A stretch of 64,000 nucleotides of DNA, taken from contig NC_043008.1 of the NCBI RefSeq assembly GCF_006345805.1, positions 76,136,001 to 76,200,000 of the forward strand, in the 5' to 3' direction. Below are positions 26,041 to 39,058 of this stretch, one piece after another. Each line of letters starts with the position of its first letter. Positions within the stretch are counted from its first letter, which is position 1. The notes below the pieces were generated by a model that ran no database searches, was not told where the DNA came from, and was given only the letters and a program-made list of their open reading frames with translations. Source of the stretch: Octopus sinensis (taxonomy: Eukaryota). Both the position numbers and the translations under genes were made by a program.

Positions 26041-26747
26041 ATTTTAAAGAATAAAATTGAACATATATATATATATGTGTGTGTGTGATGTATGCTGGTG
26101 TGTATGATGTATGTGTGTGTTTGTATGTAAGTATGTACGTAAGCATATAATTATGCATGTATATATGTATGAATGTGAGAGCTACATTTGGTTAAAACGT
26201 AAAACACGTAGTGGTCCTCAAATATTTTGCTTTTAAACTCCGAAATCATTTTTGAGAATTAGCCCCACGTGGTAAACATGGTTATTAGTGAAATCTATTC
26301 AGCTGGTGAGCAGATAGTGATCAGATAAACACGATAATGCTCAAAACATACACATATACATATACATACATGTACACTTCGACATAAGCATAGTTATAGA
26401 CCTATAGAAGATAAATACATACTCACAGCCATATATATATATATATATATATATACAAATCTATTTACATAGAGCATAATATATAGAGAACTCTGGGTTG
26501 AGATTGCATAGACTTTTGACATGACAGATGTTTCAGGTACATCGGAATTTTTTGTCTTCAGAAAATACAGAATACTATTCTGTATTTCATGCTCTATGTA
26601 TATATATTTGTCTCTCCACATTATCATCGATAACTTCACACATATATGTTCAGTTCAGTATATCTATATATTTGCGTGTGTGAGTGTGTGTATATGCGTG
26701 TGTGTCTATGTGCGTGAGTGTGCATTTATATATCTATATTTATATAT

Positions 26748-27139
26748 TCTTGTATTCCTTTACTTTTTTCAGTCATTTGACATCGGCCATGCTTGAGCAC
26801 CATCTTGTGATGTTTTATAATCGACCTCAATAATTGTTATAAGGCCAGTACTTATGTTGAACCGCTAAGTTACGGGGGCGCAAACACACCAGCTCCAGTT
26901 GTCAAGCAGTAATGGCGGGGATCAAGCAAAAAACCACAAAGACACATACAGAGGTATAGACGTTTATATACGACGGATTTCTTTCAGTTTCCATCTACCA
27001 ATAACAAATGGACTCAAGATGCTTTGGTCGAACTGAAGATATAATAGGAAACACTTGTCCAAGGTGCCATGTTGTGGGACTGAATCCGGAACCATGTGGT
27101 TGGGATGTGAGCTTCTTCCCACACAGCCACACCTACACC
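26748..27139 (-). mobile_element. SINE family B
   Basis: Reverse-complement match from the tail (cagtcatttgac..ggccatgc) to the head (ggactgaatccggaaccatgtgg). Confidence 0.8.
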
Positions 27140-27244
27140 TGTCTCATATGCATATGTACATATATAATGCATTATGTACATATGTGCTTATACATTCTTG
27201 TAACAGTTGAGTGGTACATACACTGTATCTTACCCATATATATA

Positions 27245-27896
27245 TATATGAATAAATGAAAGAATGGAGTCGAACGAAGTCAGGAAAGAGAGGGAGCCTC
27301 TCTCGACAACAAGACAAACAAAAATTTCGATGCTTGCCTACATGCTAAACAAAGCGATAATGAGTGTTTTTTTTAAAAATCCGTTAGAATTGACGTCAAA
27401 AATAGATATTAGGAAGAGGAGGAATAAAATAATAATAGGTAGGGAACAGTATGTTTGATGTATGTATGGAAATGTGTTAATGAGTGCGTGTGTTTGTGTG
27501 TGTGTGTATGTGTGTGTATAACTGCATTTGTGTCTCTCTGTGTGATTGTGTGTGTGAGAGAGAGACAGACGTCAAAGATAGATAGTAGGAAGGGAAGGTA
27601 TAAAGGAATAATAGGCAGGGAACAAGTGAAGAGGGAAGGATATTTTTGACGTCAATTCTTCTAACGGATTTTTAAAAAAAACACTCATTATCGCTTTGTT
27701 TACCATGTAGGCAAGCATCGAAGTTTTTGTTTGTCTTGTTGTCGAGAGAGGCTCCCTCTCTTTCCTGATGAGAAGATTGCATAATGCAACCTTTATTCCT
27801 TTGGAATGAAAACATGCTGTCTTCGAAACATGTGTCGAGAGTAAAGGAATTTTGTTAACATCTTCGTTCGACTCCATTCTTTCATTTATTCATATA
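27245..27896. mobile_element. Fold-back element with long inverted arms (27245-27404 / 27641-27896)
   Basis: The arms are near-identical reverse complements, but the left arm lacks the 93 bp equivalent to 27769-27861. The spacer contains a ~60-bp direct repeat. Confidence 0.9.
27741..27841 (+). ncRNA. Hammerhead ribozyme, intact core
   Basis: CUGAUGA 27765-27771; stem II GAAGA/UCUUC (27772-76/27820-24); GAAA 27825-28; C-AUGU-G stem III with ACAUGU palindrome; GUC 27834-36; stem I CUUUC/GAGAG. An alternative type III fold uses GUC 27741-43. Confidence 0.85.
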
Positions 27897-28042
27897 CAAC
27901 ACACAAATTTCTACACATGAACCTGGAATTTCTATCCTTGACAGGTCGCTTCAACCGTGTATTCTGACGTGAATTTGTTACCCAGGTTTCGCTTAACGAA
28001 TTTTCCATGCTGACGATAAACATAGGATAATTCATTCACCTA

Positions 28043-28131
<89 letters not shown>

Positions 28132-28852
28132 ATATATATTACAATGCATTCACTTGGGCGGTATATCATTTCTGCAATTGATATAATGCCAATACATTTT
28201 TGTCGGTAACTATTCAACCACATTTTGAATAGTGGCGCCAATTTTGCGTGAGTGTATAAGACGAGATTTCTTGAGTTCGATTAAGTGTAGGGAATCAATT
28301 ATCCAGCGTCTGTTGTATTGATCGTTTCCTGTACAGTATCTTGTTAGGTGGACTATCTTGTGCTGACATTTTGTACTGTTCAGTAATTACAACATAGTTA
28401 ATAAAGTTTTACACAATTATAGAATTGATACAGCACTCGAATGATTTTATTGTTTTATATATATAGATAAGATACAGTGTATATCGTGGGGATATTGTAT
28501 GTGATACTCTATATTACAATATTTGCGTTGATATGCATTTATTTATATTAGGCGCGCGTGCGTACTAGAATGTTGTATACGAATGTTGCATGGGAGTAAC
28601 TGTATGTGAAAAACATACGTGTGTTTGTATGTGTGTACATATGTGTGTACATGTGTGTGTATACAACGCGTTCATTGCACTAGTCAGTAGAGATTTCCCT
28701 TTACAAAGCTCGTTTTAGACTGGAATTTTAGTGCTATTTGCAATATATAATATATATATATATAGCTATATTGCTCTCTTCTCACTTTTTGCGCATATAT
28801 CTATGTTTATATACACAAACTCATGCATACACACACACAAACACACACAAAC

Positions 28853-28890
<38 letters not shown>

Positions 28891-28955
28891 TACATGCACA
28901 CATTATTTATATTACTTACATTTCATGGATAATTGTAATCATCTTGTTTGTTGTT

Positions 28956-29001
28956 AACACAAAGTTTCCGCTGATATACCATCCAGCCTTCATCAGGTGT
29001 C
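28956..29001 (-). ncRNA. Minimal type I hammerhead fold
   Basis: Minus strand: GACAC-CUGAUGA-A-GGCUG-gaugguauau-CAGCG-GAAAC-UUU-GUGUU. Core intact; one stem II mismatch. Confidence 0.72.
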
Positions 29002-29076
29002 TTTATGAAATTTCAAACCTGGGTTCTCATCCTAAGGTATTTTTCGATTTTATTATTATTATTATTATTATTATTA

Positions 29077-29128
<52 letters not shown>

Positions 29129-29158
29129 CTTACTGTCTGCAATCGAACTCGGAATCTT

Positions 29159-29230
29159 GGGCATATGGCGTGGTGGTTAAGACCGAGGGCTACTAACACC
29201 AAGATTCTGAGTTCGATTCCCGGCAGTGAG

Positions 29231-29233
<3 letters not shown>
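29159..29233 (+). promoter_or_regulatory. tRNA-like internal Pol III promoter (A and B boxes)
   Basis: A-box-like tggcgtggtgg 29166-29176, anticodon-loop-like ctactaa, B-box-like agttcgattcc 29210-29220. Confidence 0.7.
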
Positions 29234-29285
<52 letters not shown>

Positions 29286-29333
29286 TCGAAAAATACCTTA
29301 GGAATGAGAACCCAGGTTCGAAATTTCCCCCAA

Positions 29334-29379
29334 GACACCTGATGAAGTCTGGATGGTATATCAGCCTAAAAGTTACGTT
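29334..29379 (+). ncRNA. Minimal hammerhead fold, probably inactivated
   Basis: GACAC-CUGAUGA-A-GUCUG-loop-CAGCC-UAAAA-GUU-ACGUU. GAAA is mutated to UAAA. Homologous to 28956-29001. Confidence 0.6.
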
Positions 29380-29935
29380 AACAACAAACAAGATGAGAAC
29401 AAATATTCGTCAAATGTAAATAATGTATATAATTCCTCATCTCTTAAATATAGAACTGTATACATACACACACCTGAGGAAAATATAGTCGTGTACATGT
29501 ATGCTTAAGTGTATGCTAACTTATTTACACATTCGTGCGAATCCTGTACCTTACGCTGTGATTAGCCTCATCTATATATGAATTGCCTATAGATTTTGGA
29601 GAAACACTCGGATAGTATATCAATTCGAAAAGTGTGTGATTATGTATTATTTATGGTAGTAACCATGGATTATCAAACCTGAATTCTGCAACTGTTTCCC
29701 TTCACTTAATTTTCCAGCCTTTTTATTTCATATCATCCTTATAAGAAAACAATGTTTCCATTATCATCTGAAATATGATTATATAAATGCGAGTATATTC
29801 GCATGAAACCATTCGTATCATATTCACAGAACTCTTCTTTCAAATGCAAATTATTCATTCATTAAAGTTGCACTGATGTCATTCGTTAAGCGTGTTACTA
29901 GCGTGTTCATCCACAAGCATACACACACACACACA

Positions 29936-30212
29936 CATCATCATCATTGTTCGACCGTGGTCCAGACAATGGAATTTACCATGTTGCGCCAGACTTCACG
30001 GTCCATCATAGCATTACGGAGGTCCTGTTGCTGGATGCCTGTATCCCTGGAGATTACATCAGGGTAGGAGAGTGTGCGCCCTCTGGTGTTGCGAGTAGAT
30101 TGCTTCCAGAGGAGAAGAGTAGAAATTACTTCTTTTTCAGCTCTACAACAATGTCCAGCAAACTGGACTCTCCTACCCTTCACAAGAGATGACACAGGTG
30201 GTAATTTCCCAT
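29936..30212 (-). mobile_element. RTE-clade LINE 3' end
   Basis: RRVQFAGHCCRA...LLWK...SYPDVISRDTG...MMDREVWR, followed by a short (TGA)n tail. Confidence 0.82.
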
Positions 30213-30214
30213 AT

Positions 30215-30248
<34 letters not shown>

Positions 30249-31739
30249 ATATATTATATATATATATATATAAACACGCACGTAAAGAGGAGATAAAATG
30301 TGTATGTGATGTGAGTGGAGGAAAATTTTTTTCGAATGAACAACCTGGAATTATAAACAGTATATTATTAAAAGTTCACAAATCTTTGTAAATGCAACAA
30401 TACTTCCAATATTCCCCTACAATATACAATAAACCCATTCTGTATACGTACACACCAATGAATATAAAAGTACATGGGTAATATGGCTGAGTAGAAGCAA
30501 ACCTGAAGTAAATCTACGTGTATTAGAATATTTTGTAGACTTGTATAAATGTCTCTCGCCCACTATGTATATGCGTATATATGTACTCATACCTACCGAT
30601 GTGGGCAAACATGCATACACACACACACACACGTACGTATCTAAATGTACAAATGAGCATGTGTTGTATCTACAACATAATTTGTCATGACCTGATGGCA
30701 TTTACTTAAGCAATAGTTGCCTAAAGAAGATAATATAATACCTCTAATGTAATTATATCAAATATCAACGAAATATAAACGTTTGGGATTGAGAAATTGA
30801 ATGATAAATTGAATAATTAACTTGCAATATTTGAAGACATTTGTGTCTTTCTTTATTAACATAATATTTGTGGAAACTGATGGGAATATATTTCGAGGTA
30901 TCATAGAATATTTTAGAAAGAACAAATATACATATACACATTTTACCAACACTACTTTATTTGATGAATATTTCAGATAGTCATTCTTATATATGTATAA
31001 TATATTGGTATATATACATATGCATACATGCATACATACATACATATACACACACAGGCATATATATACACATATATACATACATGTATACACACACACA
31101 CATACACCTATATGCGTGTGTATAGGCGACTAGGGTAACTGAATGTACAATTCAACGCGGTAACTGAGCAATCGCCCATTAGTTGAACATCATCGGGCAA
31201 ACTTAGCTGTATTGTAAGCTTGGTTCTCATTGGTTGTGGCAGATCACGTGAAGTCCGCAATTAAAGCTGCATATGGCTGAGTTTCTTGTCAATGTAGACG
31301 TAGACATCTGATCGAAAAAAGTAATTATGCTTCTGCGTATGAAATTCCGAGTAATAAGCATTTGTTTAACTAGTGATCATCTACACACGAACATATACAC
31401 GCGTGCACACAGAAACATTCATAGCTACGGATGTTTCTATGTTAGTCCCGGACTTCCTTTGTTTTTACACTGATTTAAACGTGGTGGTTTGATGTATTAT
31501 TTATTCACGAAATTTGCTATTTGACGAAAGGAAATCGATAAATTAAGAACAGCAATTAAACATTTTATCGACAAAAACTACTGAAGCAAGACCTTCGCAT
31601 GGCCGTAATCCTATACTTAGTAAAAGAATGAAAGAACGTATGGTGCTTGTATGAAATATTTCTTCTGAATATCACATGTGATATTAGCAAGTATCCATTG
31701 TTACCGACCCACTTATGTTCACGGCAATCAATCGAAGAA

Positions 31740-34150
31740 GAATAACTTCTTTATAAATTATTCTCTGTATAAGATTCTCTGTGCGATGGATATGTTCTGG
31801 ACATTAACACACGTCAACAAGTAGTTTAGAATGTGTTCTTGATAGTAACATTTAATACTAAGTAGTTCATCTGTATAAATAGTTCATCTGTATAAATAGA
31901 AATGTTTTTCTAAATACAGAGTATACACTTACAGAAATGTTTTACAATATATTTGTCTCTTAAAAGTGCAGTAAAATCTATTTACTCTGGCTATAATGTT
32001 TTCCGCATTTCAAGTCTCGCAACTAAATGCCGAAAGTCCTAGTAGCTCTCTCAGAATTTTCATAACGCTTAGTGGATGAGAGACAAAAGTTTTCATGTTT
32101 AGGAGATTAATTTTGATATCGGTAGCATGCCCATCATGCTCACACCTGTTCAATGCAGGGATGGTATCACTCTCTGAAAATTATTTTTTCATAACACACC
32201 GCTGACAGATTATATCTATTTAGCCAGTTGTTGTTAAGTACCTTATTGTCTCAATCATCCAACGTTTTTCTTTGTATTTTATAGACTTCATATATTGATC
32301 TATCATATTCTCGAAGGACTCAGCGTAATTGCTTCCTTAGATCATGTAGAAACAAACATAATACAACTCTTATATTGGATCTCTTGTAATTATCAAATTG
32401 ATGTGAAATTCTCAATGTTGTAGTGATACGAAACTTTCCTTTACAATTCACCAATAACTAAACAAGACAGCGTCCCTGTGAATATTGTCATCGATATTAT
32501 ATCAAATATATTATTATATCAACAATCAATTCACCAACCTCGTCATCACCAACCAAAAATTGTGCAGAATTATAAGATTAATTATATTTAATTCGTCTGT
32601 CTGCAAATTCTTAAAAAGAAATCTGAATTAATCGTATCCCTAATACAACTATATACCCAACTAATTCTTCACTGTCTTCAGAAATTCAGAAAACATTCTC
32701 CAAGGCTATTTGCCAATCTCATTGGTAGTTTTCTTTTATTGCTTTTGCTATTTTTAGTATTTCGTTTGAATTTACTTTTGCTATTTGTGTGTATGGAGTG
32801 ACAATTTTCGAAGATGACGTAGAAATAGACACACATATATGGAACTATATATTTTGTCCTTTCGTTTATTCTTTTTAAAAAAGAAAACTGTGAGTCAGAG
32901 ACTGGAAATGGAATTCCTTAACCAAATAGGATGGACGTGAAAACATTTAAAATATATCGATTTTGGTCAAGATTTATTAAATATTTCTAAGATTCCTAGA
33001 TTTAGAAGATTTAGTTTCGCTCCTTTTTATTTTGCATTTATTTCATTATCTTTCACATGATTTTCTTTTCATTTTAACTTTACTGTATAACCTGAATTAT
33101 AGAAAGTGTGACATAACAATTGAATTCGATTCACAAATATTAATTCTAGAACATATATGCCACTATTAAAATCGCAATTGATTGTAAACAAAAAAAGTTA
33201 GTTAACCGCCAAAGACTTGATGTTATATTTCTAAGATTAATTCGTATTCTACGGTATTATATTTGCAAATTGAGCTATTTCGTTGCTACACGTAAGAAGA
33301 AGTAATGATGACCATCACATTTCTAGCAAGATTCAGTAATTGATCAGAATGTAAGATTTGTTTGAGATTGAATTCTATTTAGAATGCAATATTATTAAAT
33401 TATAAATTGGAGCTCGATCATTATGTATTCTATAATTTTCTGAGTAATGCAAAAGTTACATAATTAACTGAATGGTATAATATGACCATAACAATATTAT
33501 GGTGTTTGTAGTAACTGGTTTTAAGCAGAAATGAAGCTATGTTTTTAAGTTAAGTAATGCAATATTGGACAAAGCTTCACTTTCTTTGCAGAATATCCCA
33601 ACAGATGAATTATTTCATTTCATTGGTGATAAACAATGAAGGACTTTCTTTTCAAGCAAAATATTCGATATTTCAAATAAGGACCAATATAAATGGTTCT
33701 AAAGGCTCTTTGATATATACAGAGCATTCAGTTGTATATAGTCAGGAAACTAGTTCTATGTATATCCTATGTGTAACTGATTAAACTTCAACTTTTAAAA
33801 TAGGTTTCAATAGACCAGATATTTTTCTCATCTTATCACACAGCGCCACTAAAAATCAAATATATTCATGTGTTGCAAAACAAAGAACTTGTATATAGTC
33901 TCCAACCCATACAAAAATTGTACATATCACTCACAGTTCATGAGGTGTCTATGAATAAAGTTAGCTTCAATAATACATGTAGCTATATGTTCTGTATCTT
34001 TGATGACGTTTATAGCGATTTAACAATAACGACCGGAGAATGGAAACTATGCAGCTGCTACAGTATAGTGATGACATGTGAGAATTTGTTTGTTGTCGCG
34101 GTGAGTACTGGGAACTATGCCATAATGGAATCTACATATCTCCTGTTACT
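31740..34150 (+). pseudogene. Possible decayed BTB-BACK-Kelch gene
   Basis: Weak motifs in correct order with many stops: LCD and KSIYSG (~31775-31990), KVLVA (~32035), QLLYWIS (~32364-32384), EHSVVY..MYI (~33720-33770), DLTITTGEWK (~34016-34046). By-eye only. Confidence 0.35.
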
Positions 34151-34974
34151 GCTTCAGGCTCATGTATATTTGTCTGTTGCTATGTCTGTTTATACACACC
34201 CACCCACACATATTTATTTATATAAATATAAATATACTTATATATATGTGTGTGTGTATATGTTTCCATATATATATATATACATACAGAGAATGAGAGT
34301 TACATAAATGTATACATGCATAAAAAACATTCATATACATATAACACGTACGTACACACATGCATACATTCATACATTCATTCATTCATTCATAAATGCA
34401 TACATAAGGTATATTTTGAGTCACAGAGAGAATTGAATTACACAATAAAGATATAATAGAAATATATTCTAACAGACATCATATAGAATAGTTTGAATTA
34501 AATTCCTTATGTTTATTAATACTGAATCTAATTTTGAAAGGTGTTGAGATAATTTGGTTTTCTAACAAGACAACATCAATAGGCATGATTGTAATTGTAT
34601 CTCGCTGCAACTAGCGACACATTTGTGTCTCTAGTCCAACACAAACAATCTATAAGCTTCACTCCTTTTTCTCTCAGTACAAATGAGCATAGTTTACCGT
34701 ATGTCACTCTTGTCTATTCCACTAGACCCAGGACGCTAAAATTCATCGGTATAGGATAAACACGGACAAATTATGGAGCGGAGGCAACGATATTGGAATC
34801 GAGAGAAATCAATGTTAGCCTAGAACATAGATTAATATATAAGTATTATACGAAGATATTATTCAAAGCAGTGATTGTATTTTGTATGCATATATACGCA
34901 CTGAACAGAAGTAAACATACACACGCGTGCATATATGTATGTACAACAATAAATTTGTCTATGAGTATATATTC

Positions 34975-35037
<63 letters not shown>

Positions 35038-35039
35038 CA

Positions 35040-35073
<34 letters not shown>

Positions 35074-35150
35074 CATACATACATACATACATACACACAC
35101 ACATATATATATATAAAGAATAAAAGAAAATATGTATATATATTCTTTTA

Positions 35151-35531
35151 TTCTTTTATTCCTTTCAGTCATTTGACTGTGGCCATGCCAGAACACAGTC
35201 TTCAGAGGTTTTAGTCGAACATATCACCTTAGGACTTCTTTGTAAGCGTAGTACTTATTCTATCATCTCTTTTGCTGAACTACTACGCTACGGGGACATA
35301 AACACACACCACCATCAGTTGTCAAGAGATGTTGGGGAGTCAAACACAGACAGAATGACACACACATATAGATATCTGCATATATATACGACAGGCTTCT
35401 TTCAGTTTCCGTCTACCAAATTTGGTAGGTCCGAGGTTATATTAGAAGATACTTGCCCAAGGTACCACGCAATGGGACTGAACACAGAGCCATGTGGTTG
35501 AGAAGCAATCTTATATATCTATGCCTGCGCC
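35151..35531 (-). mobile_element. SINE family B
   Basis: Reverse-complement match: cagtcatttgactgtggccatgc tail, cttctttcagtttccgtctacc body, cctgcgcct head. Confidence 0.85.
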
Positions 35532-35600
35532 TATATATGTAAATAATGTATATACATGTGTGTGAGTGTGTGTGTGTGTGTGTGTGTGCTTTTGTGTGTG

Positions 35601-35632
<32 letters not shown>

Positions 35633-35945
35633 CCATTTTTTAAAAATTTGGTTTGCAAAATTCCTGGTGTGAATTTGTTCACTGAAACATATTTTGTTGT
35701 ACAAATCCAGGATCATTACTCCAATAATCAACACACGAATTATTTGGATTACACGTCTTTACTATCATTCTTGAATTCGTTAGCTGTTTTGCCAACTACC
35801 TAGTGCATTGTTTGCTTAATCATTTAGTTAAGCAATTAGTCAGTTCTGTTTCTAAAATTCATTCGCCACCTATCGAATGATGTGCCTTCTGCAGCATGTC
35901 GGCTTCAGATCTGTCTTCTACTTTAAGGTTTAAAGACAGACAAAC

Positions 35946-35978
<33 letters not shown>

Positions 35979-36067
35979 GGCATACAGACAGATAGATAGA
36001 TACATACATACATCCATCCATACATACATACATACATACATACATTACATAAATAAAACGAGTAGGT

Positions 36068-36272
36068 TAATCTTTTCTACTCTCGGCACAAGGCCCGAAA
36101 TTTTTGAGGAGGGGGGGCAGTGAATTAGAACGGCCCCAGTACACAACTGCTACTTAATTTATCGACCCCGAAAGGACGAATGGCAAAGTCGACCTCTTCG
36201 GGATTTGAACTCAGAACGTAAAGACAGACGAAATACTGCTAAGCATTTCGCCCGTCGCTTCTGCCAGCACAC
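36068..36272 (-). mobile_element. SINE family A
   Basis: atcgaccccgaaaggacgaatggcaaagtcgacc...gaactcagaacgtaaagacagacgaaatactgctaagc. Confidence 0.88.
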
Positions 36273-37139
36273 GGAGTAAGATAATGTAATAAGACTAACA
36301 TATATAAAAGGAAGTCGGACAAGCGCCTCAAGAAGTGTAAACGCATGAAGTGAAACAACATGAGAGTGTGAAATGTTCAGTAAAACCGTATAAGGTGATG
36401 AAGGAAACAGAAGAGAATCAAACATTTTGATTTTATACTCATTTATGGACGAGAAACATTTGAAATAAGAAGGCAGAGGAAAACAATATAACGATACTGA
36501 ATTTTCGCAGTCTGTTTAGTTTACATGTTAGACCTAATGTTATTGCTACAAAAACATATATGTATACTAACATACACCCATCTGCACACGCAAGTATTCA
36601 CGCACACAATCACACACTTGTACGTATATGCTGTTCGCAGCACGTTAAAAACAATGACTTTCAAAACTGAAATTTACTACACCAAAATTGACAGTTATTA
36701 CACCTTTCGATCATGTTTTTTTTTTTGTATGATGGCCAACATCCTAAACAATGCAGAAAGATTGCGGGACCACATTTTACACACTTTCGGTACTTCAATG
36801 TAAGATGCAAGTGAAAGTGGACTGGAAAATCAGGGCTGCGACTTTTTATACTACACCTTCTGTAAAATCATTAACGAAACCCCATCGTGTCTCGTGATTA
36901 CAAGGAACCCAAATCTTGACTTGTGTTTGGGAAATATATTGCTGGCTGCTGCTGCCCATCATATATTGTAGAGATAAATGTTTGTAAGTTTGTGTCCGAT
37001 GTGCGTTACTCTCTAGCTTTTTGAATCCAATGAAATGGCAACAAGCAAGCAAAGTCCGGTTATATGTATATTTTCTGTGTGTTGACAAAAACCTAGACTC
37101 TTAAAACACTTCTCATATTGAAAGAATACCAAAGACTTT

Positions 37140-37525
37140 TGGCAGCCTAGAATTTAACGTCTGGTCACAGCACCATATCGAAACGCATCAATGCATATTA
37201 CTCGTTTGATTTTTTGCACTGTTGTTTTCTCTTGAAACTTCGACATTATACACGCGTCATGTAAAAGATTTGAGAAATTTCTTCAGAACTGCCTCTGCCA
37301 CATACTCAGAATAAGCTAGACCTCATTCACTCCTGATATTGAGTTTTATGCGGAAGCTAGGCTCACATCAATCCAAGCCATGCTTTTTAGGAATCAACAA
37401 CGATAGACAGGCCATCGCATCTGTGTTGATGATGAGCGCATTCCCCCAAAAATGCTTTGTGGTGAACTTACGCTGTGAACGAGAAAAACTAAAACCTCAA
37501 TGTAAAGATTTAAAGACTCTTTAAA
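37140..37525 (+). mobile_element. RTE-clade LINE fragment, decayed
   Basis: ARLTSIQAMLFRNQQR*TGH...DDERIPPKMLCGEL matches the RTE C-terminal pattern (LRWAGHV..M.D.RIPK.LLYGEL). Confidence 0.7.
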
Positions 37526-38169
37526 ATCAATTTTGAAATGGTTTAAATTATGTTTTTTTAAAATAATTGTCTAGAATCACTTTTGACAGATAGGAAAGTG
37601 TGTGTGTGGTGCGCGGTGTTAAAGATTTTGAGCTTGAGAGAATCAAGTATGCTACAACAAAAACAAAATTTCCAAAAAATCGGACGAATATCAATAGCGT
37701 TGCGAGTGTTTTTCATTTATACTTTCAATGTTCCTTATGCTGAAAATATGCATATTTCATGCTGGAGATCGCACCAGCGTACTCATGCGAATAAGGCTCA
37801 CGTTTGCTCATGGAATTTTATTCTGAATGGCCAGTTTCATTGCAATGTATTTCAAAAACCTGCAAGTTACGTGGAGGATCGTAGCGGCTTCTGAAACATA
37901 CATGATAGACAAGACTATGAGCAAGCCAAAGCTGAAATGAGACATTGCCCTTTCAGAGCTGAAAAATGATTTAAGACGCTTAGAAAGAACAATTATCGGT
38001 ACAGGAGGTCAATCCCTGCTAGAAGCAAGCAGCCACCATACATATGTATACTTATATGTATGCATCAATATATGTATATATGTGTATATACGAGTGTGTG
38101 TGTGTATGTGTGTGTGAGTGATGTTTATGTATGCATGTATGTATGCGAGTATAAACCTAATACTTCATG

Positions 38170-39017
38170 GCCGTAGAATCTTTTGAATTCATCTACCGTT
38201 TAACATGTTTTGTTACTTTATCCTGTTATTTTCATTCGACGGGATGTCCAAAATCACATTTTTCTCTAATTTAAGCTTGGCAGGGTTACCAGTTTACTTA
38301 CCGGCAATCGAACTATGCATAGGTTGTGCAAACTTACATGTTTACCTGTAGGAAGCCACTGGTTATGAAATATATTAAATATTTGTTGTTTACTTCAAAT
38401 GTTGTAGAATATAAGTGCATATGTGTGAGTTTGAAAATGTGAGTTTGAAAATGTGTGTATTTTAATAATTAACTGCAGGTCCTGTTTTTGTTCACGATTC
38501 TTGATGTGAATGAGAAACTAATATCCCCTGGACATGGTACAGTCTATTGTATATAATTGTACTATAATAAACACGCAAAAGTTACTAATCAAGTTCACGC
38601 TGATATATAGAATCACTCGCCACTTGAAAAGTAAATTGTGCCGCTAAGCTGTAACTATGTAAATTTTGGAAATGGACCGAACCCAATGGAAATAATCTGA
38701 ATCAAAACTCCGACTTCTTGACTTCTTGTCAAATACACTATCCAATCGGTCATTACTTCTTTGAAATTCATTTCACTTGAAATCAGGAGATGAAAAGATG
38801 AAATTTATAAATTATTAAATGTTATCACTTAGTCATTCCCATAGCATAGAGAATTGTGATTAAGCCTTGTATCAAATATATTTTTTTTAAGTCGCTATCT
38901 ATGCACAAGTTACATTTAATTTCAATATCTATAGATTAGACTGACATATATATATATATATTATATATGCGTGTGTGTGCGCGTGCGTGCGTGTGTGTAT
39001 GTAAATATACATACATA

Positions 39018-39058
<41 letters not shown>

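Larger units (their letters stand above)
28900..29427. mobile_element. ~530-bp palindromic element: pLTR-like(-), (TAT)n, tRNA-like centre, (AAT)n, pLTR-like(+)
   Basis: The left arm 28900-29160 is the reverse complement of the right arm 29199-29427, including the triplet tracts; 38-bp spacer. Confidence 0.9.

Noticed and set aside
28140-28430. Possible GIY-YIG relic between the two ribozyme elements
   Set aside because: Only vague resemblance; no GIY or YIG motif recoverable.
29159-29233. Functional tRNA gene
   Set aside because: No proper acceptor stem could be paired and it is embedded in a repeat; treated as a SINE-type head.
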